Counted from the first letter of the stretch, positions 27,150 through 36,323 are shown. The stretch is DNA of 64,000 nucleotides from an uncultured Anaerolineales bacterium (GCA_964539385.1 CAZIJC010000001.1:16860-80859), one strand, 5' to 3'. Made by a program: numbers and translations. Notes: a model not told the origin generated them from the letters alone.

Positions 27150-27693
27150 AACCGCAGAGAACGCAGAGAACGCAGAGCAACGGCAAAGAATCGGGCAACA
27201 GCAAAACCGCCTGATACAAAGGTGTCGGCGATGAACGAGGAACTCAACCGGATAACAGAGGCCATCATCGGCGCAGCAATGGACGTTCATCGCGAACTCG
27301 GTCCGGGGCTGCTTGAGTCCGCTTACGAAGCCTGCCTCGCCTATGAACTGATTCAACGCGGCTTCAAGGTCGAGCGGCAAAAGACGCTTCCCTTGAAATA
27401 CCGAGACGTCACATTGGACTGCGGCTACCGAATCGACCTGTTGGTCGAAGGGCAAGTGGTGGTAGAAGTCAAAGCGGTCGAGCAGTGGAACCCGGTTCAC
27501 CAGGCCCAGGTTCTCTCGTACTTGAAACTGTCCGGATGCAGAGTGGGGCTTATCATCAATTTTAACGTGAGGATGCTCAAGACGGGCATTAAGCGGTTCG
27601 TCCTTGGACTGAAGGAGTAACCACGCGCAGACCGTGTGCTCATGGCTGCACGCTTCTCAATTACCCTCTGCGTTCTCTGCGTTCTCTGCGGTT
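27150..27693. mobile_element. GxxExxY-gene cassette bounded by perfect 28-bp terminal inverted repeats (AACCGCAGAGAACGCAGAGAACGCAGAG), inserted between two flavoprotein subunit genes
   Basis: Left arm 27150-27177, right arm 27666-27693 (reverse complement). Each arm contains (AGAGAACGC)n. The RBS and ATG of the downstream gene lie immediately outside the right arm. Confidence 0.5.
27231..27620 (+). CDS. GxxExxY family protein (PD-(D/E)xK-like)
   Basis: 130 aa. GPGLLESAY matches the GxxExxY signature, and the C-terminal block YRIDLLVEGQVVVEVKAV is present. Confidence 0.7.
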   Translation: MNEELNRITEAIIGAAMDVHRELGPGLLESAYEACLAYELIQRGFKVERQKTLPLKYRDVTLDCGYRIDLLVEGQVVVEVKAVEQWNPVHQAQVLSYLKLSGCRVGLIINFNVRMLKTGIKRFVLGLKE

Positions 27694-27710
27694 AAAAGGA
27701 ATGGTCGATA

Positions 27711-29279
27711 ATGCCGAGACTGGTGATCGACAACCAGGATGTTGAAGTCCCTGAAGGCGCCACCATTCTTGATGCTGCACGCCAACTCGGAATCGAGATC
27801 CCGACGCTGTGCTTCCGCCAAGGCTGCGAGCCGTCAACCTCCTGCATGGTGTGCGTCGTCAAGGTGAAGAACCCCGACCGGTTCGTGGCTTCCTGCGGCG
27901 CGCGGGCCGCCGAGGGGATGATTGTTGAGAGCCGGACGGAAGAGGTCCGCGAGGCCCGGCGAACGGCGCTGGAACTGTTGCTCTCCGACCATCCGGCCGA
28001 TTGTATCGCCCCCTGCCAGACCGTGTGCCCGGCGCAGATGAACATCCCGCGCATGATCCGCCGGATCGCGGCCGGCGACGCCGCAGCAGCAGCCGAAACG
28101 GCCCGAACGGCGCTCGTCCTTCCCGCAACGCTCGGCCGCATCTGCCCTGCCCCATGCGAAAAAGGCTGCCGCCGTGCCCGCCACGACGCCGCCGTCTCCA
28201 TCCGCCTCCTGCACCGCCACGCCGCCGAAACCGACCTTGCGTCGGCCACTCCGTGGCTGCCTGCATGCCAACACGACACGGGCAAGCGCGTCGCCATCGT
28301 CGGCGCCGGGCCGGCGGGGCTGGCCGCCGCATGGCGCCTGCTTCAGGAAGGACACGGCGCGACGCTGTTCGACGATCGCGAAGCGCCCGGCGGCATGCTC
28401 CGCTACGGCGTTGAGGAAGACCTCCTGCCACGCAGCGTCCTCGATGCCGAGATCGCCCTCATCGAGCAACTCGGCGCCGAGTTCCGCGGCAGCACCAGGG
28501 TCGGACGCGATGTCGCCATCGTCGAACTGGCTGGCGATTTCGACGCCGTCCTCGTGGCCTGCGGCCGGATGGTGGAAGGCGACGCCGGGCAACTCGGCCT
28601 CGAAGCGGCCGAGAAGGGCCTCAAGACCACCCGGCAGACCTTCGAGACACCGACGGCCGGCGTGTTCGCCGCAGGCGATGCCCTCCAGCCCCGCCGGATG
28701 GCCGTCCGCGCCGTCGCCGACGGCAAAGCCGCCGCCCGTTCCATCATCCAGTACCTGGCCGGCCGGCCCGTCGTCGCACCGGAAAGGCCGTTTACGACGC
28801 ATCTCGGCCACCCGACCGACGAAGAAATGACACCGATGCTTGCCGCCGCAAGCCTCGACGCCCGCGTCGTTCCTTCCGGCGGCGAGGCCGCAGGCTTTAC
28901 ATCCGACGAGGCCTGCCGCGAAGCGCCGCGGTGCCTTCACTGCGACTGCCGCAAGGCCGACACCTGCCTCCTGCGCAAATGGGCGCTTGCGCTCGGCGCC
29001 AAACCGACCCGCCACAGCGGGACGCGGCGGCCGTTCGAACTCCACGTCTCGCACCCCGACGTCGTGTACGAGCCCGGCAAGTGCATCGCGTGCGGCCTAT
29101 GTATCCAGGTGGCGGCGCGAAGGGGCGAGGCACTCGGTCTGACGTTTATCGGCCGCGGCTTCGCTGTGCGGGTCGGCGTTCCCTTCAACGAAACCATTGC
29201 GGAGGCTCTGAAAGTAGCCGCCGCCGAATGTGTCGCAGCCTGTCCGACGGGGGCCCTGGCCTTCAAGAACCAAGCGTAA
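27711..29279 (+). CDS. 2Fe-2S ferredoxin (NuoG/HydA N-terminal-like) fused to GltD-like FAD/NAD(P)H-binding oxidoreductase, with C-terminal 4Fe-4S
   Basis: MPRLVIDNQDVEVPEGATILDAA is a NuoG-like start with Cys residues. VAIVGAGPAGLAAA is a dinucleotide-binding motif. GVFAAGD is present. C-terminal CIACGLC...CPTG. The AAAAGGA SD sits 10 nt upstream. Confidence 0.7.
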   Translation: MPRLVIDNQDVEVPEGATILDAARQLGIEIPTLCFRQGCEPSTSCMVCVVKVKNPDRFVASCGARAAEGMIVESRTEEVREARRTALELLLSDHPADCIAPCQTVCPAQMNIPRMIRRIAAGDAAAAAETARTALVLPATLGRICPAPCEKGCRRARHDAAVSIRLLHRHAAETDLASATPWLPACQHDTGKRVAIVGAGPAGLAAAWRLLQEGHGATLFDDREAPGGMLRYGVEEDLLPRSVLDAEIALIEQLGAEFRGSTRVGRDVAIVELAGDFDAVLVACGRMVEGDAGQLGLEAAEKGLKTTRQTFETPTAGVFAAGDALQPRRMAVRAVADGKAAARSIIQYLAGRPVVAPERPFTTHLGHPTDEEMTPMLAAASLDARVVPSGGEAAGFTSDEACREAPRCLHCDCRKADTCLLRKWALALGAKPTRHSGTRRPFELHVSHPDVVYEPGKCIACGLCIQVAARRGEALGLTFIGRGFAVRVGVPFNETIAEALKVAAAECVAACPTGALAFKNQA

Positions 29280-29317
29280 GGCGGGGGTCGAACGCCAATC
29301 CGCAATCCGAAATGCTG

Positions 29318-31309
29318 TCAGCACTCGGCGCCGGCGAAGCCGAGGTACTCGTCGAGCCAATCGTCGGCCCGCAAGACACCCTTGCGCTGGGCGAGGCTGA
29401 GGTGCTCGGCCCGCCGCTGGGCGGCGTTGAAGGCGTGGCGCGAGAGGTAACCGCTGACTTCCCGCTCGGTCCGCCCGTAGCGCCGGCGAAGCGACGCCGA
29501 CAGGTGCGGCGCGTGGCGGCGGACGAGTTCGTCTTCCAGGCTGACGACCGCCTGGGCCGAGCCGCGGTCGCCCTGGCGGGCACTTCGGCCGAAGAGTTGC
29601 CGGTCGATGCGCCCGGCCTCGTGACGTTCGGTAGCCAGGACGTGCAGGCCGCCGAGGTCCGCCACGCCGGCGCCCAGTTTGATGTCGGTCCCGCGTCCGG
29701 CCATGTTGGTCGCGACGGTGATCTTTCCGGGCTGGCCGGCGGCGGCAGTCACCTGGGCCTCCTCGCGGTGGCGGACGGCGTTCAGAACCTGATGGTCCAA
29801 GCCGGCGTCGGTCAGAAGGCGGCTCAGGTGCTCGCTCGCGCGGACGCTGCGGGTGCCGACGAGAATAGGCCGGCCGGTCTCGTGAAGGCGCCGAATCTGG
29901 CCGACGATGGCCTTCCACTTGGCGTCCTGGGTCGCGTACACGCGGTCGGGCAGGACCTTGCGGATGCACGGCCGGTTCGTCGGGATGGTGACAACCGGCG
30001 CGTGGTAAATCTGCCAGAACTCGCGCCAGGCCTCGGCGGCGGTGCCGGTCATGCCGCCGAGTTTGCGGTAGAGACGGAAGAACCGCTGAAAACTGACCCT
30101 GGCGTACGTGTCCTTGGGCGGCTGGACCTCGACCTGTTCCTTGGCCGAGACCGCCTGGTGCAGGCCGTCGCGCCATTCGCGGTCGGGCATGAGGCGGCCG
30201 GTAAACTCGTCGACGATGACGACCTTCTCCTCCTCGTCGATGATGTACTGCTTGTCGCGCAGGTAGAACTCGCGAGCGGTCAGGGCCTGGGTGACGAGTT
30301 CCTCGCGGCGTCTCGCCCCGGCCCACACGCCGCCCAGGTCGTCGGCCAGTTCCTCAAGGCGGTCCTTGCCGGCGGGCGTCAAGTCGACTTCGCGGTACCG
30401 CTGGTTCACGCGGAAGTCGCGCGCCGGATCCAACTGGGCCACCAGGTAGGCCGCCTGGCGGAAGGCTTCGACCTGTTCGGGGTTGGGCGCCTCGCCGGAG
30501 ATGATGAGCGGCGTGACGGCCTCGTCGATGAGAATGGAATCGGCCTCGTCGACGATCACGAAGTGCAGCCCGCGTTGAACGAGCCGGTCTGTGCCGCTGC
30601 CGGCGCCTTCGGCGATCTTGGCCATCAGGGCCGACGGCAGCCCCTGGAGCCGGCCCAGCGACAGGCGGTCGCGAAGGAAGTCGGCCGTCACCTCCTTGTT
30701 CGTGCAATAGGTGATGTCGGCCTGATAGGCCTCACGGCGATCGGGCGACTGCATGCCCTGCTCGACGGCAGCCACCCGCAGCCCGCAGAACCGGTAGATC
30801 GAACCCATCCAGTCGGCGTCGCGTGTGGCCAGGTAATCGTTGTGGGTGACGATGTGGCAGCCCTTGCCCCGCCATCCCTCGATGGTGGCGGGCAGCGTCG
30901 CGGCGAGGGTCTTGCCCTCGCCGGTGGCCATCTCGGCGATGCAGCCGGCCTCCAGCGCCAGTGCCCCGGCAACCTGAACGCGGAAGATGCTCATGCCGGT
31001 TTGGCGCCGGGCCACTTCGCGGACCAGGGCAAACGCGTGCTCCAGAACCTCATCCGTGGCGCCGCCGCGCCGGAAGCGATCGCGCATCTCGGCGGCGGCG
31101 TCGCGCAGCCGCCCGGAACCGAGGTCACGGTGCTCCTTTTCGAGGGCCAGCACACGCTCGGCCCGGCGCAGGAACCGCATGCGACGGGGCACGAAGGCCT
31201 TGGCGATGCCGACGGCGGCGTCCCAGGCGGCATCCACGCCCCTGGGCAGCGGCCTGTCGGGCGTACGTTGCGCCAGCGTTCGCCACGTTGTGCTTGGAAT
31301 ACGGACCAC
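29318..31309 (-). CDS. SecA-like preprotein translocase ATPase, short form (663 aa; SecA2-like, lacking the long C-terminal domains)
   Basis: Aligns to the SecA motor domains: MSIFRVQVAGALALEAGCIAEMATGEGKTLAATLPA, VTHNDYLATRD, YQADITYCTNKE, VDEADSILIDEA, ATNMAGRGTDIKLG. GTG start is 1 nt after the upstream gene's stop. Confidence 0.7.
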   Translation of the reverse strand: MVRIPSTTWRTLAQRTPDRPLPRGVDAAWDAAVGIAKAFVPRRMRFLRRAERVLALEKEHRDLGSGRLRDAAAEMRDRFRRGGATDEVLEHAFALVREVARRQTGMSIFRVQVAGALALEAGCIAEMATGEGKTLAATLPATIEGWRGKGCHIVTHNDYLATRDADWMGSIYRFCGLRVAAVEQGMQSPDRREAYQADITYCTNKEVTADFLRDRLSLGRLQGLPSALMAKIAEGAGSGTDRLVQRGLHFVIVDEADSILIDEAVTPLIISGEAPNPEQVEAFRQAAYLVAQLDPARDFRVNQRYREVDLTPAGKDRLEELADDLGGVWAGARRREELVTQALTAREFYLRDKQYIIDEEEKVVIVDEFTGRLMPDREWRDGLHQAVSAKEQVEVQPPKDTYARVSFQRFFRLYRKLGGMTGTAAEAWREFWQIYHAPVVTIPTNRPCIRKVLPDRVYATQDAKWKAIVGQIRRLHETGRPILVGTRSVRASEHLSRLLTDAGLDHQVLNAVRHREEAQVTAAAGQPGKITVATNMAGRGTDIKLGAGVADLGGLHVLATERHEAGRIDRQLFGRSARQGDRGSAQAVVSLEDELVRRHAPHLSASLRRRYGRTEREVSGYLSRHAFNAAQRRAEHLSLAQRKGVLRADDWLDEYLGFAGAEC

Positions 31310-31310
31310 G

Positions 31311-33488
31311 TCAGATCTGGAACCTCCGCTGCAACATCTGAAGCAGGGCGCGTTTCGCCTGCGACAGAAGCGGTTTGGGCGTGGTGTCGAAGCGGATGAC
31401 GACGCGCTGGCCTGCCAGCAGCCGCACGCCGTCGCTCGGGTCGGGAGTCACCTGGATCTCGAAGACGCGTTCGGCCGTCTGCGTGCCCGTGGGGTCGTCG
31501 GGCTTGGTGGCAATCGGTCCGCCGGCGGGGAACGACAGAGCCGGTGACGGCAGCCGGTCCCCGCCGGCCGGAAGGAACTGCTTGATGCGGCCGCCTATCT
31601 GCTTGTCCGGCCGCCCGTCCATGCGGATCTCGACGCGCTGGGCGGCGTCTTCCATCAGGGCGCCCGCAACGTCCTGGCCCGCCACGGCCCGCACGACAAG
31701 CGTGTCCATCGTCGCCACCAGCCCAATGGCCTGGCCGCGGGTCAGGTAGGCGCCCTTGAGGCGATCGATGTTCGGCGACACCCACATGCCGGCGAGGGGT
31801 GAGCGGATCTGGAGGGCGGCCAGTTGCTGGCGAATGCGGTCGAGTTTCTCGTCCACCGCGCCGATCTGTTCCTCGACGATCTGGACGGCTGCCGGCTCCT
31901 GGACGAGCGCCGCCCCGCGGCGGGCGACGAGTTCCCGCCGTTCCGCCAGGAGTTGCTCGTGCCCGGCCGTGAGCATCGGGTTGACCGACCGGGCGAGCAA
32001 CGGCCCGCCGGGCGTCACGTTCCGGCCGGAGGGAAAGAACTCGTCCAGAAACCCGTCGGCGCCGGCGTGGACGATCTGCATCTCGGCGGGTTCGACCACG
32101 GCCTCGACATAGAACGGATCGGGCGCCGGAACGAGGCCGAGCCCCGCCAGAATGAGTGCCGGCACCGCCACCGACGTCGTCACCGCCCAGGCCCGGACGC
32201 GCATCAGTTCGCCGCTTGAGACAAGATAGTAAATGAACTTGCCGATGGGGACCATGACCCACGCGATGACGGCCATGGCGGCCAGGATGACGCCGACGAA
32301 GGGCAGAAACCCCGACACGAACAGCAGAATCGCCACCGAAATAAAGATGCGGTACGCCGTCGAGGCCACGGCGTAGAACAGCAGCCACCCCTTCTCGCCC
32401 CTCGTGTGCGACGGGTCGCGGGGCTGGCGCGCCCGCCAGATGTACCGCTTGACCAGATAGTACAGGTACTCCTTCGACCGCTGCGCCAGGTTTGGTATCT
32501 CCAACACGTCCGAGAAGATGTAGTACCCGTCGTACCGGAGGAGCGGGTTGCCGTTGAACAGGAGCGACGAAACGCTCGCGATAAACATCACGTTATAGCA
32601 GATGGCGTGGATGGCGGCGGTCTCGGACGTCTGCGACCAGACGACCGCCGCCACCGCCGCGATGCCCAGTTCGACGAACATCCCCGAAGCGCCCACGACC
32701 ACGCGGTGCCACGTGCTGCGAAGCGCCCAGGCGCTCGATGCGTCCACGTACGGAAGGGGCGTAAAGACCAGGAACATGATGCCCATGACGTGGACCTCGC
32801 CGCCCGAGCCGCTCCCGCGCCCGAACTTCTTGCACGCAAAGGCGTGGCCGAACTCGTGGAAGACCTTGACCACCACGAAACTGGCGTACAGAAGGGGCAG
32901 GCTTTCGGGATCGAGGATGCTCGAGGCCCGGCTCACGAGGTCGCCCGCCCGACCGGCGATGAAGTAAACGCCCGTTGCCAGAAGCCCGAACCACAGGACC
33001 AGGCCCCACCAACTGAAGACCGCGCCGAAGACGCCCACAAAACGGTCCAGAAACCAGTCGGGGTCAATCAGCGGAACGCGGATGAACAGCAGATTCGTCA
33101 TGTACCCCTGCACTTCGCGGGTAACGCGTTTCTTGTATCGCCGGAACAGGCCCTCGGCATCGGGCGGCATGTCGCCGTGCAGAAGGTTCGATGTGTAGAG
33201 TTGCCCCAGAAGTTGGATGGCCTCGCCCTGGGTGGGTGCGCTGTCGCCCAACTGCTCGTTGCAGACGTTCCAGACCTGGGCGATGTTCCGCCGGCCGTCC
33301 AGCAGCCCCACGAAACGGTACGCCGCCTCGTTCAGGCGGAAAAACTGATTGTTCGACGGGTCCTGGATGACGTGCCACATCTGGCCGCGGTAGTGCTGCC
33401 GGTGCGTCTGCAGGGTGGACCTGAGGCGCGGCCGCAGATTCGACACGCGGTACCACGACTCGCTGAACGTGGGACGATCGACCGGCAT
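31311..33488 (-). CDS. Site-2-protease (peptidase M50, HExxH) domain fused to HlyD-like periplasmic adaptor domain, membrane protein
   Basis: 725 aa. HEFGHAF zinc motif within a multi-TM region. The C-terminal ~300 aa have the coiled-coil and beta-barrel pattern of HlyD/membrane-fusion proteins (RSPLAGMWVSP...LVVRAV). Confidence 0.6.
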   Translation of the reverse strand: MPVDRPTFSESWYRVSNLRPRLRSTLQTHRQHYRGQMWHVIQDPSNNQFFRLNEAAYRFVGLLDGRRNIAQVWNVCNEQLGDSAPTQGEAIQLLGQLYTSNLLHGDMPPDAEGLFRRYKKRVTREVQGYMTNLLFIRVPLIDPDWFLDRFVGVFGAVFSWWGLVLWFGLLATGVYFIAGRAGDLVSRASSILDPESLPLLYASFVVVKVFHEFGHAFACKKFGRGSGSGGEVHVMGIMFLVFTPLPYVDASSAWALRSTWHRVVVGASGMFVELGIAAVAAVVWSQTSETAAIHAICYNVMFIASVSSLLFNGNPLLRYDGYYIFSDVLEIPNLAQRSKEYLYYLVKRYIWRARQPRDPSHTRGEKGWLLFYAVASTAYRIFISVAILLFVSGFLPFVGVILAAMAVIAWVMVPIGKFIYYLVSSGELMRVRAWAVTTSVAVPALILAGLGLVPAPDPFYVEAVVEPAEMQIVHAGADGFLDEFFPSGRNVTPGGPLLARSVNPMLTAGHEQLLAERRELVARRGAALVQEPAAVQIVEEQIGAVDEKLDRIRQQLAALQIRSPLAGMWVSPNIDRLKGAYLTRGQAIGLVATMDTLVVRAVAGQDVAGALMEDAAQRVEIRMDGRPDKQIGGRIKQFLPAGGDRLPSPALSFPAGGPIATKPDDPTGTQTAERVFEIQVTPDPSDGVRLLAGQRVVIRFDTTPKPLLSQAKRALLQMLQRRFQI

Positions 33489-33536
33489 GGGTGTATCCGT
33501 TTGCGAGCCGCGAGCGCCAACGAGCGGGCGCCTTAC

Positions 33537-33584
33537 GGTCGCGGCTCGAAAAGGCTCATTGTCGCGGCTCGAAAAGGCTCATTT
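33537..33584. repeat. Perfect 24-bp tandem direct repeat (GTCGCGGCTCGAAAAGGCTCATT x2) between the two HlyD-like genes
   Basis: On the coding (minus) strand each copy starts with ATG and reads as an 8-codon micro-ORF (MSLFEPRQ*, MSLFEPRP*). The first begins 1 nt after the upstream gene's stop. Confidence 0.7.
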
Positions 33585-35473
33585 CAGATCCACAACTTCA
33601 TCCGCACCCACCGAACGATGGGGCGGGTCCAGATCCAGATGTAGGGGCGGCAGTCGATGCCCACCTTGGCAATCCCCTCAAGGCCAGGACGCATCCGGCC
33701 GTCCAGCCGTTTCAGCCGCACACGCACCTTGAACACGTTCTTCTGCTCGGCCACCTCGGCCACCGGGTTGATCCGCTCGACCACGAACCCGAAATGCACG
33801 TCCGGGAACGACGCCGTCGCCAGTTCCCCTTCCTGGCCCACCTCCAGATCCGAGACGTCCTCTTCGGGCACAGACAGTTCTGCACGCAGCGCCTCGAGCG
33901 GGGCCACCTCAAACAGCGTGTCCCCGGTCTTGACCGGCGCGCCGATCTGTCGCTCCAGGTCGCCCTTCACGACCACGCCGCTGATGGGTGCGATGATCTT
34001 CGCCTGAGAGATTTTGTAATCGATCAGGTTGATGCTTGCGGCCACCTTGTCGGCCTGCGCCTGGGCGATCTGGGACTCGACCGTCTTGTAATCGCGCCTC
34101 GCGGCGGCAGCCTGTTTCAGGTATGTCGCACGTTCGGCCTTGGCGGCGGCCAGTTGCAGGCGCAGGTCCGCCGTCTCGAGCGTCGCCATCACGCTCTTGC
34201 CGCCGACAACCTTTTTGTTCGGCTCCGTGGAAACGGTCTGGAGGTATCCGTCGAACGGGGCGGGCACGACCCGCAGTTCGATCGGCTCCAGGACAAACGG
34301 CGCTTCGATTCGGTAATCGCCCTGGATGAAGATCGTGAACGCCAGGAATCCGCAGATCGCAATGACGGCCAATTTGATCCAGGTGTGTTTCGGCCCCGCC
34401 ACCGCCGCAGCGCCTTTCCGGACGGCCGCCGCCATCCGGGCGCCGAACCAGCGGTCGTTCTCTTCGAGGTTCGCCAGGCGCGGCGTACAGAGGTCGGCCG
34501 CCAGCCGAAGCGACTCCACTTCCTCGACCGTAAACGCCTCCCCGCCCGGTCGCTCGAGCGTCAGGACGGCCGTGACCTCGCCGGCTCGTCTGAGCGGCAG
34601 GCTCAACGCCATCACCGCCCCGTGATGCTTCGCGAGTTCGTCCGCAGCCCGGCTGACGTACGTGGCCTCCGGCGGCGCCGGATACAGGATCTCGACGTCC
34701 TGGTCCAGGCACTCCTCCATCGCGGCTTCGATGTCTTGGACCAGTTTCATTTTGCGGCTGAACTTCTCGGTGTGGCTCATCGCACGCAGGTGCACGTACC
34801 TGCCCTTGAGGAAGCCGACGCTGACCCTCTCGCATTGCCATCGCGCGGCCACCTCGTTGGCGAGTGCCATCGCCATGCCGGCAAACCGTTCCTGGACGTT
34901 GACGGCGGCCAGCGTTTCCATAGCCGCACGCAGGCGCCTCAGGTCCGTCTGCCGGCGCTGAAGGAGCAGGCGCATCTCGTAGAGGCTGAGCAGGCCGACC
35001 GTCAACTCCAGCCGCCCGCGAACGCCGGCCAGAACGGTCGAATCCTGGGCATCGGCGTAAAACGCCGCCACCCCGCGAACCGCACGCTCCCCGCGAAGCG
35101 GCACCAGGATGAGGCTGCGGCGGGCGGGCTGGCCGTACAGGTCGTCCGGGCTGTGCACCGCCTGGACGGTCGTGGCGCCCCCGGCAACGACCGTGCGGCA
35201 GGCCTCGGCGGCCTGGGCCAGCCAGACGGGCGCTGCCGCGCCCTCGGGCAGCGGCGGATAGACCGCCAGGACGTCTGCTCCGCGCTGGCGCCCGGCCCGC
35301 AGGATCGCCCCGCATTCGGCCGGACCGATCTGGCACTGCACCGCGAGGAGGTTGGAGAGGAACTGCTCCGGCGGGCCGTCGAAACGGCTCAGCCGGTCGA
35401 TGACGTCGGCGGTCGTCAAGTGTATGGCGCCGCCGGGCTGCCGGGAAGCCTCCATCTGTGCCATTGCGGGCAC
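33584..35473 (-). CDS. GAF-domain(s) + single TM + HlyD-like membrane fusion/adaptor protein
   Basis: 629 aa. The N-terminal ~330 aa have two GAF-like segments. TM helix WIKLAVIAICGFLAFTIFI. The C-terminus has a beta-strand/coiled-coil/lipoyl-like HlyD pattern (RLQLAAAKAERATYLKQAAAARRDY, IIAPISGVVVKGD). Confidence 0.6.
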   Translation of the reverse strand: MPAMAQMEASRQPGGAIHLTTADVIDRLSRFDGPPEQFLSNLLAVQCQIGPAECGAILRAGRQRGADVLAVYPPLPEGAAAPVWLAQAAEACRTVVAGGATTVQAVHSPDDLYGQPARRSLILVPLRGERAVRGVAAFYADAQDSTVLAGVRGRLELTVGLLSLYEMRLLLQRRQTDLRRLRAAMETLAAVNVQERFAGMAMALANEVAARWQCERVSVGFLKGRYVHLRAMSHTEKFSRKMKLVQDIEAAMEECLDQDVEILYPAPPEATYVSRAADELAKHHGAVMALSLPLRRAGEVTAVLTLERPGGEAFTVEEVESLRLAADLCTPRLANLEENDRWFGARMAAAVRKGAAAVAGPKHTWIKLAVIAICGFLAFTIFIQGDYRIEAPFVLEPIELRVVPAPFDGYLQTVSTEPNKKVVGGKSVMATLETADLRLQLAAAKAERATYLKQAAAARRDYKTVESQIAQAQADKVAASINLIDYKISQAKIIAPISGVVVKGDLERQIGAPVKTGDTLFEVAPLEALRAELSVPEEDVSDLEVGQEGELATASFPDVHFGFVVERINPVAEVAEQKNVFKVRVRLKRLDGRMRPGLEGIAKVGIDCRPYIWIWTRPIVRWVRMKLWI

Positions 35474-35564
35474 CCACGTCAGGGAGACCGGAACAGGGCC
35501 ACGGGAACCGACAACCGTTCGCCGGACGGTCGCGAGCCCGGTCGCCTGATCTGCGATCGTCGCT

Positions 35565-35972
35565 CTACTGCGTGCCGGCCTGGTCGCCGGGCGGAACGCG
35601 GTCCAGCGAAATCTCGCCGAACTGCTCCTCGTGCCGACGAATCATCTGACCCAGCGCCAGCGCCAGCCGCTTCGTCATGCGGTAACTCATGACGATACGC
35701 TCGTTGACCTGAAAGATGAACTCCGGCTTGCCTTGCTGTGCGGCAACGGGGTCGATGAGGTTCAACCCGAAGTAGAGCATAACCTCGTCGGTCGTCGCGT
35801 CGGTGCGGAATGCGTTGGCGTAACTGGTGTTGAGGTTTCGCTCGTCGATCCGCAGGCGGATCTCCTGCTTCTGCCCCTCACCGGCGGGCTGCTCAGCAGC
35901 GGGCTGAGCCTCCGTGGGTTGAGGCTCGGCGGGCGGTTGGCCCTTTGCATCAGGATCGCTCTTGGCTGCCAT
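35565..35972 (-). CDS. DUF3467-like small protein
   Basis: 135 aa with a low-complexity Pro/Glu/Ala N-terminus. The conserved core NTSYANAFRTDATTDEVMLYFGLN...FIFQVNERIVMSYRMTKRL matches my recollection of DUF3467. It is first in the minus-strand operon. Confidence 0.45.
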   Translation of the reverse strand: MAAKSDPDAKGQPPAEPQPTEAQPAAEQPAGEGQKQEIRLRIDERNLNTSYANAFRTDATTDEVMLYFGLNLIDPVAAQQGKPEFIFQVNERIVMSYRMTKRLALALGQMIRRHEEQFGEISLDRVPPGDQAGTQ

Positions 35973-36207
35973 GAATGACTCCTTCCTGGATTGCGATTGT
36001 GGTTTCCAGACGGCTCACGTCCCCGCGACTGACAGGTGCGTTGGCCAAGACGTGAGCCCTGTAAACCACCGTACCCGTCCGCGAGGCTTCCTGCAAGGCA
36101 TTTGTCTCCCGCTGGTTAGGTGAATCGTCAATCGGAGGCCGTTCTCTTTAGCCAACCGCTGGCGCACACACGAAAACCCGTACCCCCCCCGCGACAAACA
36201 TACCAAA

Positions 36208-36236
36208 GGCCGGTCGCCCGCCGAGGGCGACCGGCC
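36208..36236 (-). terminator. Candidate intrinsic terminator for the CARDB-repeat gene (12 bp GC stem GGCCGGTCGCCC/GGGCGACCGGCC, then a T-rich tail on the minus strand)
   Basis: Perfect 12-bp inverted repeat with a GCCGA loop. The minus-strand downstream sequence is TTTGGTATGTTTGT. Confidence 0.35.
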
Positions 36237-36323
36237 GTACCGACATCGGGTAGCACCGTCAGGCCCGCCGTAACGAACCCCACAAGCGTGCCCGGTCTTC
36301 TCGCGGTCCTCCTGCTGCCCCCT

